A stretch of 64,000 nt of DNA, taken from assembly GCA_965112155.1 (NCBI GenBank), contig OZ218107.1; one strand, given 5' to 3'. Both the position numbers and the translations under genes were made by a program. The DNA comes from Podarcis liolepis. Taxonomy: Eukaryota. Under the pieces are notes generated by a model. The model was not told where the DNA came from. It saw only the letters and a list, made by a program, of their open reading frames with translations, and made no database searches. Position 1 is the stretch's first letter, and every line of letters starts with the position of its first letter. This document shows, in pieces, positions 1-12,522 of this stretch.

Positions 1-129
1 AACCCTCTTCTTGGCGTCTTCTTCGTCGGTGACCCCTTTGGCTTCTAGGAGGAAGGTGAAACGGGAGGCGTACGCTTCCCAGTCTCCGGATGCTGGGTTG
101 AACGGCGAGAAGCTGCTGTTGGTTGCCAT
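1..129 (-). CDS. Gag N-terminus of a Ty3/Gypsy LTR retrotransposon (runs off the window)
   Basis: ATG at 129 gives MATNSSFSPFNPASGDWEAYASRFTFLLEAKGVTDEEDAKKRV, open to the window edge. Resembles the PFnP..DW..Y..R.F pattern of Gypsy Gag N-termini and lies just after the LTR and PBS. Confidence 0.8.
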   Translation of the reverse strand, partial: MATNSSFSPFNPASGDWEAYASRFTFLLEAKGVTDEEDAKKRV

Positions 130-235
130 TCTGGGTTCCTTGTGTCCCGGAGCTGAAGCCTGGATACACGGTGCGAGGCAGCGGTGCGGCAGGTGGCGGT
201 GCTGCGGTGCTGTGTGTGGCAGTCAGCTCAGCGGG

Positions 236-253
236 ATCCCATCCTCGTCGCCA
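236..253 (-). other. Primer-binding site complementary to the 3' end of tRNA-Ser(GCU)
   Basis: Minus strand TGGCGACGAGGATGGGAT starts 1 nt after the LTR's CA. Plus strand ATCCCATCCTCGTCGCCA equals the vertebrate tRNA-Ser(GCU) 3' end with CCA as I recall it. Confidence 0.85.
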
Positions 254-254
254 G

Positions 255-624
255 TGAAATATACTCAGAGTCGCAAAGTGATTTCATGCTCTTTATTCAG
301 CTCATAGTGGTGAGGAGGAATGAATGAATGTCCCCTCAAAGTATCTGCTTTATATACATTATTTACACAATGGGCTGCACATGATTGGCTAATTCCGGAA
401 TTCTACTGTAAGCCAATCAGGTTGTGGATTCACTTCTATCTGGAGCATGATTGGGTGGTTCCTGCCAACCAATCATAATGCTGCATTGTTCTAGGACCAA
501 TCAGACTGCTGCATTCTGAATCCTATTGTTCTAGGACCAGTCAGACTGCTGCCTTTTGGATCCTATTGTTCTAGGACCAATCAGACTGCTGCAGTTTGGA
601 TCCTATTCAACTCAGTACATAACA
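255..624 (-). mobile_element. 5' LTR (370 bp) of Gypsy-type retrotransposon
   Basis: Minus strand TGTTATG...TTTCA termini; TATAAA at 349-354; AATAAA at 292-297; several CCAAT boxes; followed by PBS and gag. Confidence 0.85.
485..604. repeat. Three 40-bp tandem repeats in the LTR U3 region
   Basis: Unit ATTGTTCTAGGACCAATCAGACTGCTGC...ATCCT starts at 485, 525 and 565. Confidence 0.9.
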
Positions 625-885
625 CCTCCCTTTTTCGGCTCTTAGATATGGTGGTCATTTGGTGTTAAGCCACACCCCCATGGCAGCCATTTTGTGGTAG
701 GCAACGATGACCCTTTCTCAAAATGCCATATAAGCCCAGTGGCCTGAAAAGTTTGGTAGCCACCGGTGTGGGAGTTAAAACTTACTTTGTAGCGGGAGTA
801 AAAGCTCATGTTTTTGAACAGCCACAATCGGCAGGTACTATACAAAGAGCAATGAAGGTAACATCACTGAGATCTAAAAGACATA

Positions 886-1098
886 CAATGGTACCTGGGG
901 TTACATACGCTTCAGGTTACATACTCCGCTAACCCAGAAATAGTACCTCGGGTTAAGAACTTTGCTTCAGGATGAGAACAGAAATCGTGCTCCGGCGGTG
1001 CGGCAGCATTAGCTAAAGTGGTGCTTCAGGTTGAGAACAGTTTCAGGTTAAGAATGGACCTCCGAAACGAATTAAGTACGTAACCAGAGGTACCACTG
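886..1098. mobile_element. Tc1/mariner-type MITE, family A
   Basis: Ends CA(G/A)TGGTACC...GGTACCACTG flanked by TA; same internal sequence as five other copies in the window. Confidence 0.85.
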
Positions 1099-2585
1099 TA
1101 CCACAAAAATGGAAAGCAAAAGGATTGAAAATGGGAGGTGAGTCATAAAGCTGAAAGGGGGGGAGGAGAAAAACGCACAAAGGCTGAAGCAGCCCTAAAT
1201 GCAGTCCAGGCTTGTTCATTAGGGCATATAAGGCGCTGCCTCACCAACCTCGCTCTTGCCATTAATGGGAACCCCCTACATGTCTTCCTGTTTGTGTCCA
1301 GGCCAGGAATCGGCTTCCACTTTATTCCTTACTAGAAGTCCACGGTCAGTGGGTCTGTTCTGCATATGATTTAGTTGGGCGTCACCCAGAGTCTTTAAAG
1401 GGTACTGCATTTAATTTAGATTGCTGGTCCTCACTGGCCATTCCTGCTGTATATTCAGCTTTGGGAACGTTATGCACGAGGTACCTTCCTGTCTGAATTT
1501 CTGTAGCATCTACAAAATGTTCACATTCCCATCCACTCACCTCTTTTGAATTGGACATGCCATTCAGACAATGCATCTAGGACTTCTTTTTTTAATTCCC
1601 TTTTTTCCCTAGAAGTATAAAGAATAAGTAATTTGCCACCACAGCAGCAAATTACAAACACAATATTTGCAGAGACATCCTCATTTTCCTTTGCAAGTAA
1701 AGGAATATTTTCAAAGGCACAAGGAGCAGTGTCTGGGAGAATTATGCAGGCACTATTTCACTACCAAAAAGAATTAACTTCTCTTTTTCTTCTTTCCACA
1801 CTACATTGTATATAATGGCTCGCCTACAAATAAGTTGGCCAAAGAAACTCTGGCTGCTTTTCAAGAACTGCCAAGACATCTACCAAGTATTGAGAAAATA
1901 TAATCACTTCCACTGGTAGCAGCTCATCTACTACTAATATCTCACATTAGTTTCCTGGGTGTATGTGTGTGCCTGCATAGAAAAGGATAAACATTGGCCA
2001 TAAAGTCTTAACATCGGGAGGGGGGCTTCACTAGCTTAAAAAGATCAGTTTTTATCTGTTTTTATTTGTGTTGCTCACATGACAAAAATGGCAATTGATT
2101 CCTACTCATCCCTATCTATATCTCATACAGAGAGAGAGCGAGAATTCAGTGGGGTTTACGTGCTAGAAATCATGGTTTAGGTTAGGCATACTCTCCAGTT
2201 AACATGAATTCTAGGATTTAAAAACGCAACAGTTCTGTTTAAGTGAGGAGTGCATTTATTATTTATAACAGTTTTCACTGATGGTTTCAAAGGGCTTAAG
2301 AACAGAATGGCACAAAACAGAGTTAAAGTACTGTGAGACAATATTAGCGTGTGAACTGCTTTGGTATTAGTTTTTGTGCTGAAAAGCACGGTAATCCTAA
2401 TCATCTCTACTAAGTCTCATTGAATTCACTGGGGCTTGCTCCCAGGTAAGTAGGGATAGCATTGCAAGCCTAAGCAATGAAGGCCAGAATTGCTTTGTCT
2501 GTTTGCAGAGTATCAGAAGGAAACCCCACAGAACAACCCCCCTACCGCCTTCAGAAATTTCCCTGGAAGGAGGAATGGAACCAGG

Positions 2586-2966
2586 TAAAAAAAAGGTAAA
2601 GGACACCTGGACGGTTAAGTCTAGTCAAAGGTGACTATGGGGTTGCGGTGCTCATCTCACTTTCAGGCCAAGGGAGCCAACGTTTGTTCACAGACAGCTT
2701 TCCAGGTCATGTGGCTAGCATGACTAAGCCGCTTCTGGCGCAACGGGACACCGTGACAGAAACCAGAGTGCATGGGAACGCCATTTACCTTCCTGCCACA
2801 GCGGTAACTATCTGCTTGCACTTCCATACTTTAGAACTGCTAGGTTGGCAGGAGCTGGGACAGCAATGGGAACTCACTCCGTCACGGGGATTTGAACCAT
2901 TGACCTTCCAATTGACAAGCCCAAGAGGCTGAGTGCTTTAGACCACAGCACCAACCGCGTCCCTTT
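2586..2966 (-). mobile_element. Sauria SINE (divergent subfamily)
   Basis: tRNA-like head near 2963 and ACCTTT-type tail near 2590. TSD ATGGAACCAGG (2575-2585) / ATGGAATCAGG (2967-2977). Confidence 0.85.
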
Positions 2967-4613
2967 ATGGAATCAGGACAAGGTGGTATCCCATATTTGC
3001 GTGCCACAAAGGCAGTCTGGAAGGACATGCGTGACTGATGGCACTGAATCGCAGATGTAGCCGAGAATCAAAAAGACAGGAAGAATTGAGGCTTTTATGA
3101 ATGCACCATCGTTTCAAAAAGCATGGAAGTTGCAAGTTAAAAGCTTTTGCTATCCTTCAGAAATGGATGATGAAAGTCTGTTCAGCTACTTTGGCTCTTT
3201 ACAAATTCAGATGTGATGAGAGGGACTGTATGGCATGAAGCTCTGCTCACTATTTGCAACACAGAAGGGCAGAGAGGTCCTGACTTCCTTGTACAAAGAC
3301 CTTCAAAAGCATAAGACAAAGATGGGCTTGGCTTATGTCAAAGATTTTTCAAAGGAGAGGAATCGAGTTCACTCTGACAACTGAAAAACAAGAGAGATGT
3401 CGGGAACGATGACTGGTGGCTGAGAATGAAATATTTGAGTGCATGCTGTCTCTGTCAGCCTGGCACAATTTTTATGTTGGTCTGAAATGTGTTAGAATCT
3501 TGTATCTTGGAGGAAAACCAGTATCTGCTAAAGCAGACCTTTGAGAGCAATCTCTAAGGCAATAGGTCTGTTTGGTCCCCTGGGGCATTCTGGCTTATCT
3601 ATGCTATTTTTGTAGTGTAGGCAAGCAACGCTCACAGCAGGAAAGGGATTCAAAAAGGTAAGGCCAATAAAAGAGGGACTATCTCTGAGCTGCAGAATAC
3701 CAAGCACACATGCATTCCTTTCCACTGATACTGGCAGTAGTTGGTGAAGATAAATAATAAGAATTATATATTATTATTATTTCCTTTGGTGGCGATAGGT
3801 GTCCTCAGGACTAAGGACTGTGCAGATGGCAACTTTCCTCATGTGCCTCTTAATAAACTCTCATGTAAATAAAACAAGTATTCTTAATTTTCCTTATTAT
3901 TCCCGGCAAAAGGTATTAAGAGTGACTGCTTTTTCTGGCACCCTTGTTTATCACAGAACATTTGTGAAGCGCTACATTCCCCTTTTCTTTTAAATATAAT
4001 AAGTGATAATTACCCCCCTGGGTACACCTTGCCCGCTGCTGCCTAACACACATGGCAAGTTGTTTTCTAGAATAAGCTTGAAATGAGGATGGTGTCACAC
4101 ATGTGGAATTAAATATGAATATACCCCAATTAACGCACAAGCCCAAGCAACTGTAGGAGAAAGAACACTCAGTGTCATTTTCAGTGTCTCCTGTTTCCAC
4201 ATTAGCTAAAGAGACACCCATCCTAAGGATTTTCTGGCCCAGTACACTGTGTGAAATGGGCCCTCAAACCCACTAGGAAAAGAGGACACAATTTGCATAA
4301 AAGTTGTGTATTTTTTGTTCCTATTGTGAATTTGTGTCCTCTTTTCCTAGTGGAGGACCCCAAAATAAATCCATGGACTCGTGATAAAATGACTGCGCAG
4401 GCAGAATATGAAGAGATGAAGTTTGTCCCATAACTGGTGTTTCCAAACGAATAAAGGCTTAAACTGTTGTACATCTATCTGTTAAAGGTACCAAGGACCC
4501 TGCTTTTCCCCACTGCCAGCTCTAATACAACACTTAGACTTCAATCCTGTAATGGGAGTAAGCTCCATTAAAAACAGACTTATTTCTGAATAATATAATT
4601 AATAATAATAATA

Positions 4614-4834
4614 CAGTGGTACCTCGGGTTACATACGTTTCAGGTTACAGACTCCTCTAACCCATAAAAAATAGTACCTTGGGTTAAGAATTTTGCTTCA
4701 GGATGAGAACAGAAATCGTGCTCCGGTGGCAGCTAGAGGCCCCATTAGCTAAAGTGGTGCTTCAGGTTAAGAACAGTTTCAGGTTAAGAACGGACCTCTG
4801 GAACGAATTAAGTTCTTAACCTGAGGTACCACTG
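4614..4834. mobile_element. Tc1/mariner-type MITE, family A
   Basis: CAGTGGTACCTC terminal inverted repeats (TIRs) with TA flanks; inserted in the (TAA)n tail of an L2-like fragment. Confidence 0.9.
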
Positions 4835-4836
4835 TA

Positions 4837-5100
4837 ATTTATTACTTATACCCCGCCCATCTGGCTGGGTTTCCCTAGCCACTTTGGGCGGCTCCCAACA
4901 GAATATTAAAAACAGAATAAAACATCAAACCTTAAAAACTTCCCTAAACAGGGCTGCCTTCAGATGTCTTCTAAAAGTCAGATAGTTGTTCATTTCCTTG
5001 ACATCTGATGGGAGGGCGTTCCGCAGTGAAGGAACCACCAGAAGGCCCTCGGAGTTGGACCTCAGTGTTGAACGATGGGGGTGGAGATGCTCCTTCAGGT
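4837..5100 (-). mobile_element. L2-like LINE 3' fragment
   Basis: TTTATT...ACCCCGCCCATCTGGCTGGG...CAGGGCTGCCTTCAGATG end, shared with copies at ~5755, ~18640, ~38150 and ~55075. Confidence 0.7.
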
Positions 5101-5239
5101 AGTAGACTTGTATACCATAGTGCTGTCAGTTAACTATGCCTCAAATGCTTAAGTGCCTGATCTTTAGGTTTAACTAAGCATGCAGGCAAAGTTATCCCAG
5201 GCTCCATCTGTTCAAGAACTGTTTATAATTGTTTTTGTA

Positions 5240-5468
5240 CAGTGGTACCTCAGGTTAAGAACTTAATTCGTTACGGAGGTCCGTTCTTAACCTGAAACTG
5301 TGCTTAACCTAAGGTACCACTTTAGCTAATGGGGCCTCCCGTTGCCGCCACGCCGCCGCCGCCGCACGATTTCTGTTCCCATCCTGAAGCAAAGTTCTTA
5401 ACCCGAGGTACTATTTCTAGGTTAGCGGAGTCTGTAACCTGAAGCGTCTGTAACCCAAGGTACCACTG
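5240..5468. mobile_element. Tc1/mariner-type MITE, family A (opposite orientation to 4614 copy)
   Basis: CAGTGGTACCT TIRs, TA flanks. Confidence 0.9.
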
Positions 5469-5754
5469 TATATGGAATTACTTTTAGTTGTTTTATATAT
5501 GGAACTGGTTCAGTTTTTGCATTTTTCTTGCTTTATGGTTGTAACCGTTTGATTTGCTTTTATAATTGTGTATTTTATTATTGCAAAACACCCTGATAAA
5601 CGTATGGTAAAGAGCAGGTATGGAATCTAACTGAACAGACTTGCTTTCCGCACTGGGATTTTTGCAGTATGGAAAGTGGCAGGGAAAGTATGGGAGAACA
5701 AATCATAATGAATGCTCAATAAATTGCCAACACCCTGCCAACAGATCAGAATAA

Positions 5755-6055
5755 TAAATTATTATTATTTGTACCCCAGCCACTCTGAGATAACTGCTTC
5801 CAGCACATATAAAAACATAAAACCTTAAGCCTTAAAAAGCTTCCCTATACAGGGCTGCCTTCAGATGTTTCCTAAATGTTAGGAAAGTCTTCACATCTGA
5901 TGGGAGGGCATTCTACAAGGTGGGCACCAATACCAAGAAGGCCCTCTGCCTGGTTCCCTGTAGCTTCACTTCTCGCAATGAGTAAACCGCCAGAAGGCCC
6001 TCCAACACTGGATCTTAATGTCTGGGCTGAATGATGGGGGCTCCTTCAGGTATAC
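5755..6055 (-). mobile_element. L2-like LINE 3' fragment
   Basis: Similar to 4837-5100. Confidence 0.65.
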
Positions 6056-7107
6056 AGGGCTGTATATCCAATAAATGGAAGTGGCCTGAGGCCAGTGACA
6101 CTTACTCCTAGGTAAATGCATATAGTATTGCAATCTGCGCTTTGAACTCAAGCATCAGTGATTATCCTGCCCAGAGAATGTGTTCTGTAGTCATTTGTGC
6201 TATGTATGTATATCTCTATATATATTCCAAGAGATAATTGATTGCTCAACTGTCAGCATCAAACAAGTTCTGCCAACTGATGGGCCTTTGACTGGAATGA
6301 GAGTGAATCAGCAGACATGCTCATTAACCCATGGCCTGTTTATTCTCACATTTTTGAATGCCAAAACGTTTTCCGTTTTAAATAATTTTCTCCATGTGAA
6401 AAATTCCTATGAAGATGCTCCCTGTTACCATGAGTCTATTTTAATTTTTCTACAGTTGGAAAAATGATCCACATTCACAATTGTTTTTCTAAAAAGATAC
6501 TCTTGTGGATTTTTCGATTTTTCGTCTATACATTGATGACCCTGGTGACTTGTATATGCTCATGTACTCTTTTCCCTTTCTTTTCTTTCACTTTGGATTT
6601 TTGTGTCCTTTTCAGCTCCTTTTGTTCTATTCATTCATGGCTTTCAGAATACTCCATTATCCTGAGGCTCTTCCGTCTTCCGTTAAAGTCTCTTTAAATA
6701 CACTTCTTAAAGGTTGTTTCATGCAATGCTCTTCTAGTATCAGTGCTTGCCTTCTCAGCAATTTATATCCATATAAATTACCTTAAGTAATGAGCGGGTT
6801 TTCTCCACACATGAAATTCTCCTGAAAGCGCATCGTATTTCATTTCTAGAATGCTTTTCCCTCATTCCCTCATTACCCTTAACTCCAAACAAATGTGGAA
6901 GTAAGTTTTCCTTCAGTTGGCTCTTCACACAATGGTTGTTTTTAGGGAGGGGGGTTGGCCAAAAAGTCACTATTGCACTGTAGACTGTCGGCTGGATGGC
7001 AAGCTACTCCAACCCTTTAAGTGCCCTCAAAAGTTGGCAAGAATCCATGAATCCCTTGATTAAGTTAGCAACAATGGTATACTCCTCAGAGTGGGGATAC
7101 TGTAGCC

Positions 7108-7219
7108 CAGGCTTCCTCAACCTTGGCCCTCCAGATGTTTTGAGACTGGTCCTGCTAGCTAGCGATCATGGGAGTTGTAGGCCAAAAAACATCTGGAGGG
7201 CCGAGTTTGAGGAAGCCTA
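7108..7219. mobile_element. Short palindromic hAT MITE
   Basis: AGGCTTCCTCAA TIRs; exact 8-bp TSD CTGTAGCC (7100-7107 / 7220-7227). Confidence 0.85.
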
Positions 7220-10200
7220 CTGTAGCCTTTCAGATAATGCTGGACTCCAGCTTCTGTCATTCCCTGCAAGCATAACCAATGGTTAGGAATAGTGGGAATT
7301 GCAATCCAACAGCAGCAGGGTGGTCACAAGTTCTTTAACACTGCTCTGCATTTCTGCAAATGAGCATATAAGCGAGACTCAGCACAATTGTCTCAGAAGT
7401 TCATCAGGGTTGATCACTCCTGTGAGAAAATGTGTGAATTCTATGTATGTGGTTTGCCTCCCTTCAAAGCCAGTTGATATCAATTCTGTTCATTAGGTTT
7501 GGACTCTTTCTGCTTGAAAACTAACTAAAACAGTCCTAATTGGTTCAAAACCATCTGATTAATGATCCAACTCTACCCAAAATGAATCTGGCTTTCAGTG
7601 GAAAGGGGCGCAATTCTTCCTTGAGCAACGTTGAGATACCAGCTGGCTGGATGCTGCAAAGCAGATCTTATTAGCTGATTGGTGACACATAAGTGAGGGC
7701 AGAAGACTGGCAAGGATGGATGGTATTGACCATTGCCAGAGAAACAGAAATGAAGAATAACCTCTATGCAAACGAGTAAAGGTCATTTTCATCACTCTCA
7801 TAACTAGGTAGGGGTGAATCTGGCAATTTCATTTCCCCCGTGTTTCTCATTTTTCCAATCAAATTCTGTCTGCAGTCTGCATTTTTTTTAATCATCATGA
7901 AATTATACCACAATTTTAGGGCATATTTCTCATTAATATGCACATTTTTCCAAACCAATTTCCCTCAAAACAACGTATGTAACATGTTTTTATGTACACA
8001 CTACCCCATGTATATGTATTTTTGTACACATTACTTGGCTGGAGAATGCCATGCAAAATTCAGAAATATGCAAATTTCAATGGGTGGCTTGTATTTTGGT
8101 TTGCACATCACTTCAGAAAGAGCATATCAGGCAGAGTTGCCTTGAAATGCAAACAAAGTTCACCATCTTTACTCATAACAAAATTATTGAGATGTTACTA
8201 TATATCTGCACCAATCTGAAATATTACTGTTGCTCTGTTTAGCTGCCCCATACATAATTTGCTTCAGTTAATAAATGCTGGGACAGACAATGCTTGCTAA
8301 GTCTTCTCAGTTCTCTGGAAACTTATGAGATGCGAGACTCTAGATAACTGAAGCAATTTTTGGTGTGTGTGTGTGTGTGTGTTTATTTTCTCATCCCTTT
8401 TACTTTACAACTGTTTTAGGCTCCTTACGACTCCTATGCATTGCTGCTTTGTCTTACTTTTGGTTCTTCTTACAGAGATGATCACCATCACCAGATTATT
8501 TCTTAAAATAAAAGCTTTAAAACGAAGTTGGAAGTTTCCTGTGACCTCATTCCCTGCCTCACTAACCCCAGAACTATTTTGATATCGAACTTCTGTGATG
8601 CAGTTTAATCTTTCTGACATGCATGAGTTAAAATGTGGTTTTCAGAAACCATACATAAAGTCGTTTGCCAACCTCTCCTCTTGTTCAGCTTCAACATAGC
8701 TGCACCTGTTGCTGACACCGGCTTGTCAGCAACAGGTAATTTTAATGGTGTCAGCAATGCAAGAGAAACTTTATTCCGGCTGAAGAGCTTAATTGGAGAA
8801 GAGCAAAGTTATCCATAGCCAAAAGAGTGAACTTCATTTACTGTATCGTTCTGAAAGCCATACTTTATGTATTTGGATAATTATGCCTACCTTTTTAATG
8901 CATGTTTCTATTGCCAATTTTTAAACATTTCATTGTATTTAACCTAAACTACTTAAGATTTATATACTACTCAATTAAAAAAAAATCTGTTACATAAAAT
9001 AAAAATAAATTTATGATCAGATGCTAGATTAATCTAAGGCTCCATCTTGACCTGGATCAAATCCATTATGTGAAGATAGTAAGTCTGCAAAGATGTATAT
9101 CCACTTGGCAAAATTTATTATGGCTCAGCGAGTAAGAGAGAGGATTTAGATGAGAGTACAGGCCCTTTGACCAATAGGCAGACAGCCTTCTCGCATGCCA
9201 CAAAGGACTGGAGACTTGTATTTCACACACACAGGGATAATAAAAATAAATTAACAATCCATTAGTATTATTTCTTTAGTAAAATCCAGCTGATATAGGA
9301 CTGACTGCCACCTCAGATCATGTCCCAGGGTGAAACTACACATTACATTAATAGCATAGATTCATGTTTATTGTCTGGTTTGGGGCAGGGTGTGTGTGTG
9401 TTACTTTAAAAATGGTTGCTGTGTCAATCTTGCAGAAAAGACACCCTCACCCTGAATACATTCCTCTTACATTACAAGTACTTTATGCTACTAATACTAA
9501 TACAAGAAAGGAAGACCATTGAGGAGTACTAGAATTTAATTTTCGGTGGCAGTGGAATGGAGCCAAGTAAATTTATATTGCTTGTATTGTGTGCGGGAAA
9601 GGTTTTATGTGGACAGAAGCCTGAGGACATGGAAAGAATTTCAACTAAAGGAGCAAACAGCACTTTGGGAGCGGGGGGGGGGGAATAGCACATAGGGGGC
9701 AATTTTCAGGGGGAAAAACAAAATGGAGAAGAACGAACAAGACCCTCCATTGAGAAGCCCACAGTCCAAAGGCAGATGATGGACCCCAAGTGGTTACTCC
9801 CCGCCCCTCTTAAAAGAGGGGCTAGGACATCTTTTTTAAAAAGTGCTTTACCTCATAGAGTTTGGTGACCCTACTTTCTCTATTACTATTAGTACTAAGC
9901 CCCCCTAGTTTCCAAAAATCACTTTTCTCGTCTTTATTTTCCTGTCAGAATTTGCTAACTCCTTACAACTAAAAAAGCACAGCATCTCAGGATTCCAGGA
10001 CACGGACCAACAACAGGATTTGAAAATTTAAACCAAGGATGGCAAACCTGTAGTCCTCTCCCAGCTACAGTTCCCACAATTCCTGACCATTGGGATGGAT
10101 GTGCCTTGTAATCCAACATCTGGAGGACCACAGCTCCCCCGATGTGCAGAACAGCATGCACAAAAATTTATTAATCTACAGCTCCTTAGCTGATCAATGA

Positions 10201-10838
10201 ACCAAAGTTGTCCAGGACTTTTAGCAAGTTCCTAGAAGTTTTTTTTAAAAGCCAAAACTTGTCCATTTCTTGCTGTTAGTAGTATCCATTCCTTTCAGAT
10301 CCTGCACTACTCCTTTGCTTGTCCTACAAAATATAGCTTCACAGAAAAATGAGGCTTTGGATCTGAGTCAGGAGATCAGCATGTCTGCTTCAGCTGCATT
10401 TAATGGGCGTGTATCACTCGCCTGAGGACTTCCTTAATCACAGGTACAGGTTGAGTAACATCAGGGTTCAATTGCACTGTATGTAACACAACCTACATTT
10501 TAAAAATAGAAGCTACACATCCTGCAATTGGCCTACTTATCTCACTGATTTTCCCACCCTGCTCTTATAAATTTGTTGCTTCTGAATGAAAATTTCCCAT
10601 CTTGATTCCTATTAAAAGTTTAAGATAATTCCAAGTATTCAGTCTGTGAAATTATCCTTCTGACAATTTTGATCTTTGTATTGTTCATGTCTAAGCGAGG
10701 CAATCCTGGCATCCCTGGGACTTCAAGCTTACTGACATCATCATCATATTTAGTTATAATCCGCCTCTTTCCCTGACAGGCTTACAAGTAAGAATCACTA
10801 ATAATGTCAATAAAAAGCAATCATTTAAAACAATTAAA

Positions 10839-10999
10839 NNNNNNNNNNNNNNNNNNNNNNNNNNNNNNNNNNNNNNNNNNNNNNNNNNNNNNNNNNNNNN
10901 NNNNNNNNNNNNNNNNNNNNNNNNNNNNNNNNNNNNNNNNNNNNNNNNNNNNNNNNNNNNNNNNNNNNNNNNNNNNNNNNNNNNNNNNNNNNNNNNNNN
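10839..10999. other. Assembly gap
   Basis: Run of Ns. Confidence 1.
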
Positions 11000-12051
11000 A
11001 AAACAGCACTGAACCAGCCCTTTCATTAAAAGCAGTCAGTTCCCAAAAGCCTGTTGGAACAAGAAATTCTTCAGCTGCCAGTGGAAGGACAGCAAGCAGG
11101 GAGCAAGTCTAGCATCTCAAGAGGGAGTTTCAAAGTCTGGGAGGAGCCACTGAGAAGGGCCTCTCCCATGTCCCTACCAAGGGTGCTGGTAAGGGTGGCA
11201 GGACCAATAAGAGAGTCTCCCCAAATATCTCAAAACACAGGCAGGTTAATATGAGATAATACAGCCATCAGAAAGCTAGGGCATAAGCCACATAGATGAC
11301 AAGGACACAGAAGAGAACAGCCCCACCCAGTCCATCACTTTGTCCTGAACTGTGTTGGAAGATATATCCTGGTGGCAACTGAGGGTGTCAAACGGGGTTT
11401 TTTCGCTGTTTAAACTATAAAATCAATTCACCAGTTGTATACAAGTATCTGCTCACACAGTGTTGGCTTTCCTACCACTGATACAATATCTCTGAACACT
11501 GTTATCCTTCAATTTTAGGCTGTGCTCCTATATTCACTTACCTGAGAGCAGGTCTCATTGAACTTATTTCTGAGTGGACATGCATTTGGTTGCACTGTTC
11601 TTTGAACGCATAGCTTTATTCTTTCCTGCAATTTAATCTCATTGTGTTCTGAACTTGACTTTTTCCATCTTCACACCTTTCTGAAATCTGTTATTTTGGA
11701 TGCTTTATTCTCTCGGTGCACAAGGTATTGGCAGAGAGAACTCCCGTTACCAGCTGCTAATGGGAATTTTGTGCTTAAGTCTCCTGGGCGTTAGAAGTGA
11801 GAACGTTCTCTTCCTCTTTGAAAGCAGCTCTCTTCTTTGAGCATTCGCAGAAAGCACAAAACAAATCGATGCCCTGCCTGGCTAGAGACTTCTTCGACTA
11901 GCTGAAGTGTCCGATTTTGGTCCCAAACTCTCAGATACGGAACGTCCATTAACAGTCCAGATTAGAATTCTAATAAACTGAAACATGATGGCCTTCCAGA
12001 GCTCAATATTCAGAAACCCAAATAGGGAAAAGTTGAATATTTAGAGAAATA

Positions 12052-12310
12052 CCATATTTTTCGCTCTATAAGACACACCAGACCATAAGACACACCTAGT
12101 TTTTGGAGGAGGGAAACAATAAAATAAATATTCTGAATCTCAGAAGCCAGTACAACAAGAGGGATTGCTGCACAGCGAAAGCAGCGATCGCTCTTGCTGT
12201 TCTTGCTTCTGGGATAGCTGCGCAGCCTGCATTCGCTCCATAAGACGCACACACATTTCCCCTTACTTTTTAGGAGGGAAAAAGTGAGTCTTATAGAGCA
12301 AAAAATACGG
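12052..12310. mobile_element. Tc1/mariner (Tigger-like) MITE, family C
   Basis: TA-CC(G/A)TATTTTT...AAAAATACGG-TA ends. Confidence 0.8.
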
Positions 12311-12386
12311 TAAGCCATGGGAGTGGGGCTTTTCTGCTTCTCAATCTTAGGAACAGCTGGTTGTGAACTCTTCACATGCCATAGAA

Positions 12387-12522
12387 CAGGTACCCCCAAC
12401 CTGCGGCCCTCCAGATGTTTTGGCCTACAACTCCCATGATCCCTAGCTAACAGGACCAGTGGTCAGGGTTGATGGGAATTGTAGTCCAGAACATCTGGAG
12501 GGCTGATGGTTGGGGATGCCTG
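12387..12522. mobile_element. Short palindromic hAT MITE
   Basis: CAGG...CCTG ends; exact TSD CCATAGAA (12379-12386 / 12523-12530). Confidence 0.85.

Noticed and set aside
11-307. 98-aa plus-strand ORF
   Set aside because: Antisense shadow of the gag, PBS and LTR region.
485-604. Regular 40-bp repeats resembling a CRISPR array
   Set aside because: Head-to-tail units with no unique spacers, inside an LTR of a vertebrate genome.
1382-1576. 64-aa minus-strand ORF
   Set aside because: No recognisable homology or supporting exon structure.
6180-6970. Cluster of hydrophobic ORFs suggesting a downstream gene
   Set aside because: Explained by T/C-rich composition; the opposite strand has frequent stops; no recognisable protein.
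10754-11112. ORFs spanning N runs (also 31873-32226)
   Set aside because: Artefacts of assembly gaps.
11748-11990. Exon-like minus-strand segment ending at CTG|GTAACG, possible alternative ANO6 terminal exon
   Set aside because: The frames I translated close early and resemble nothing I recognise; cannot be supported without RNA data.
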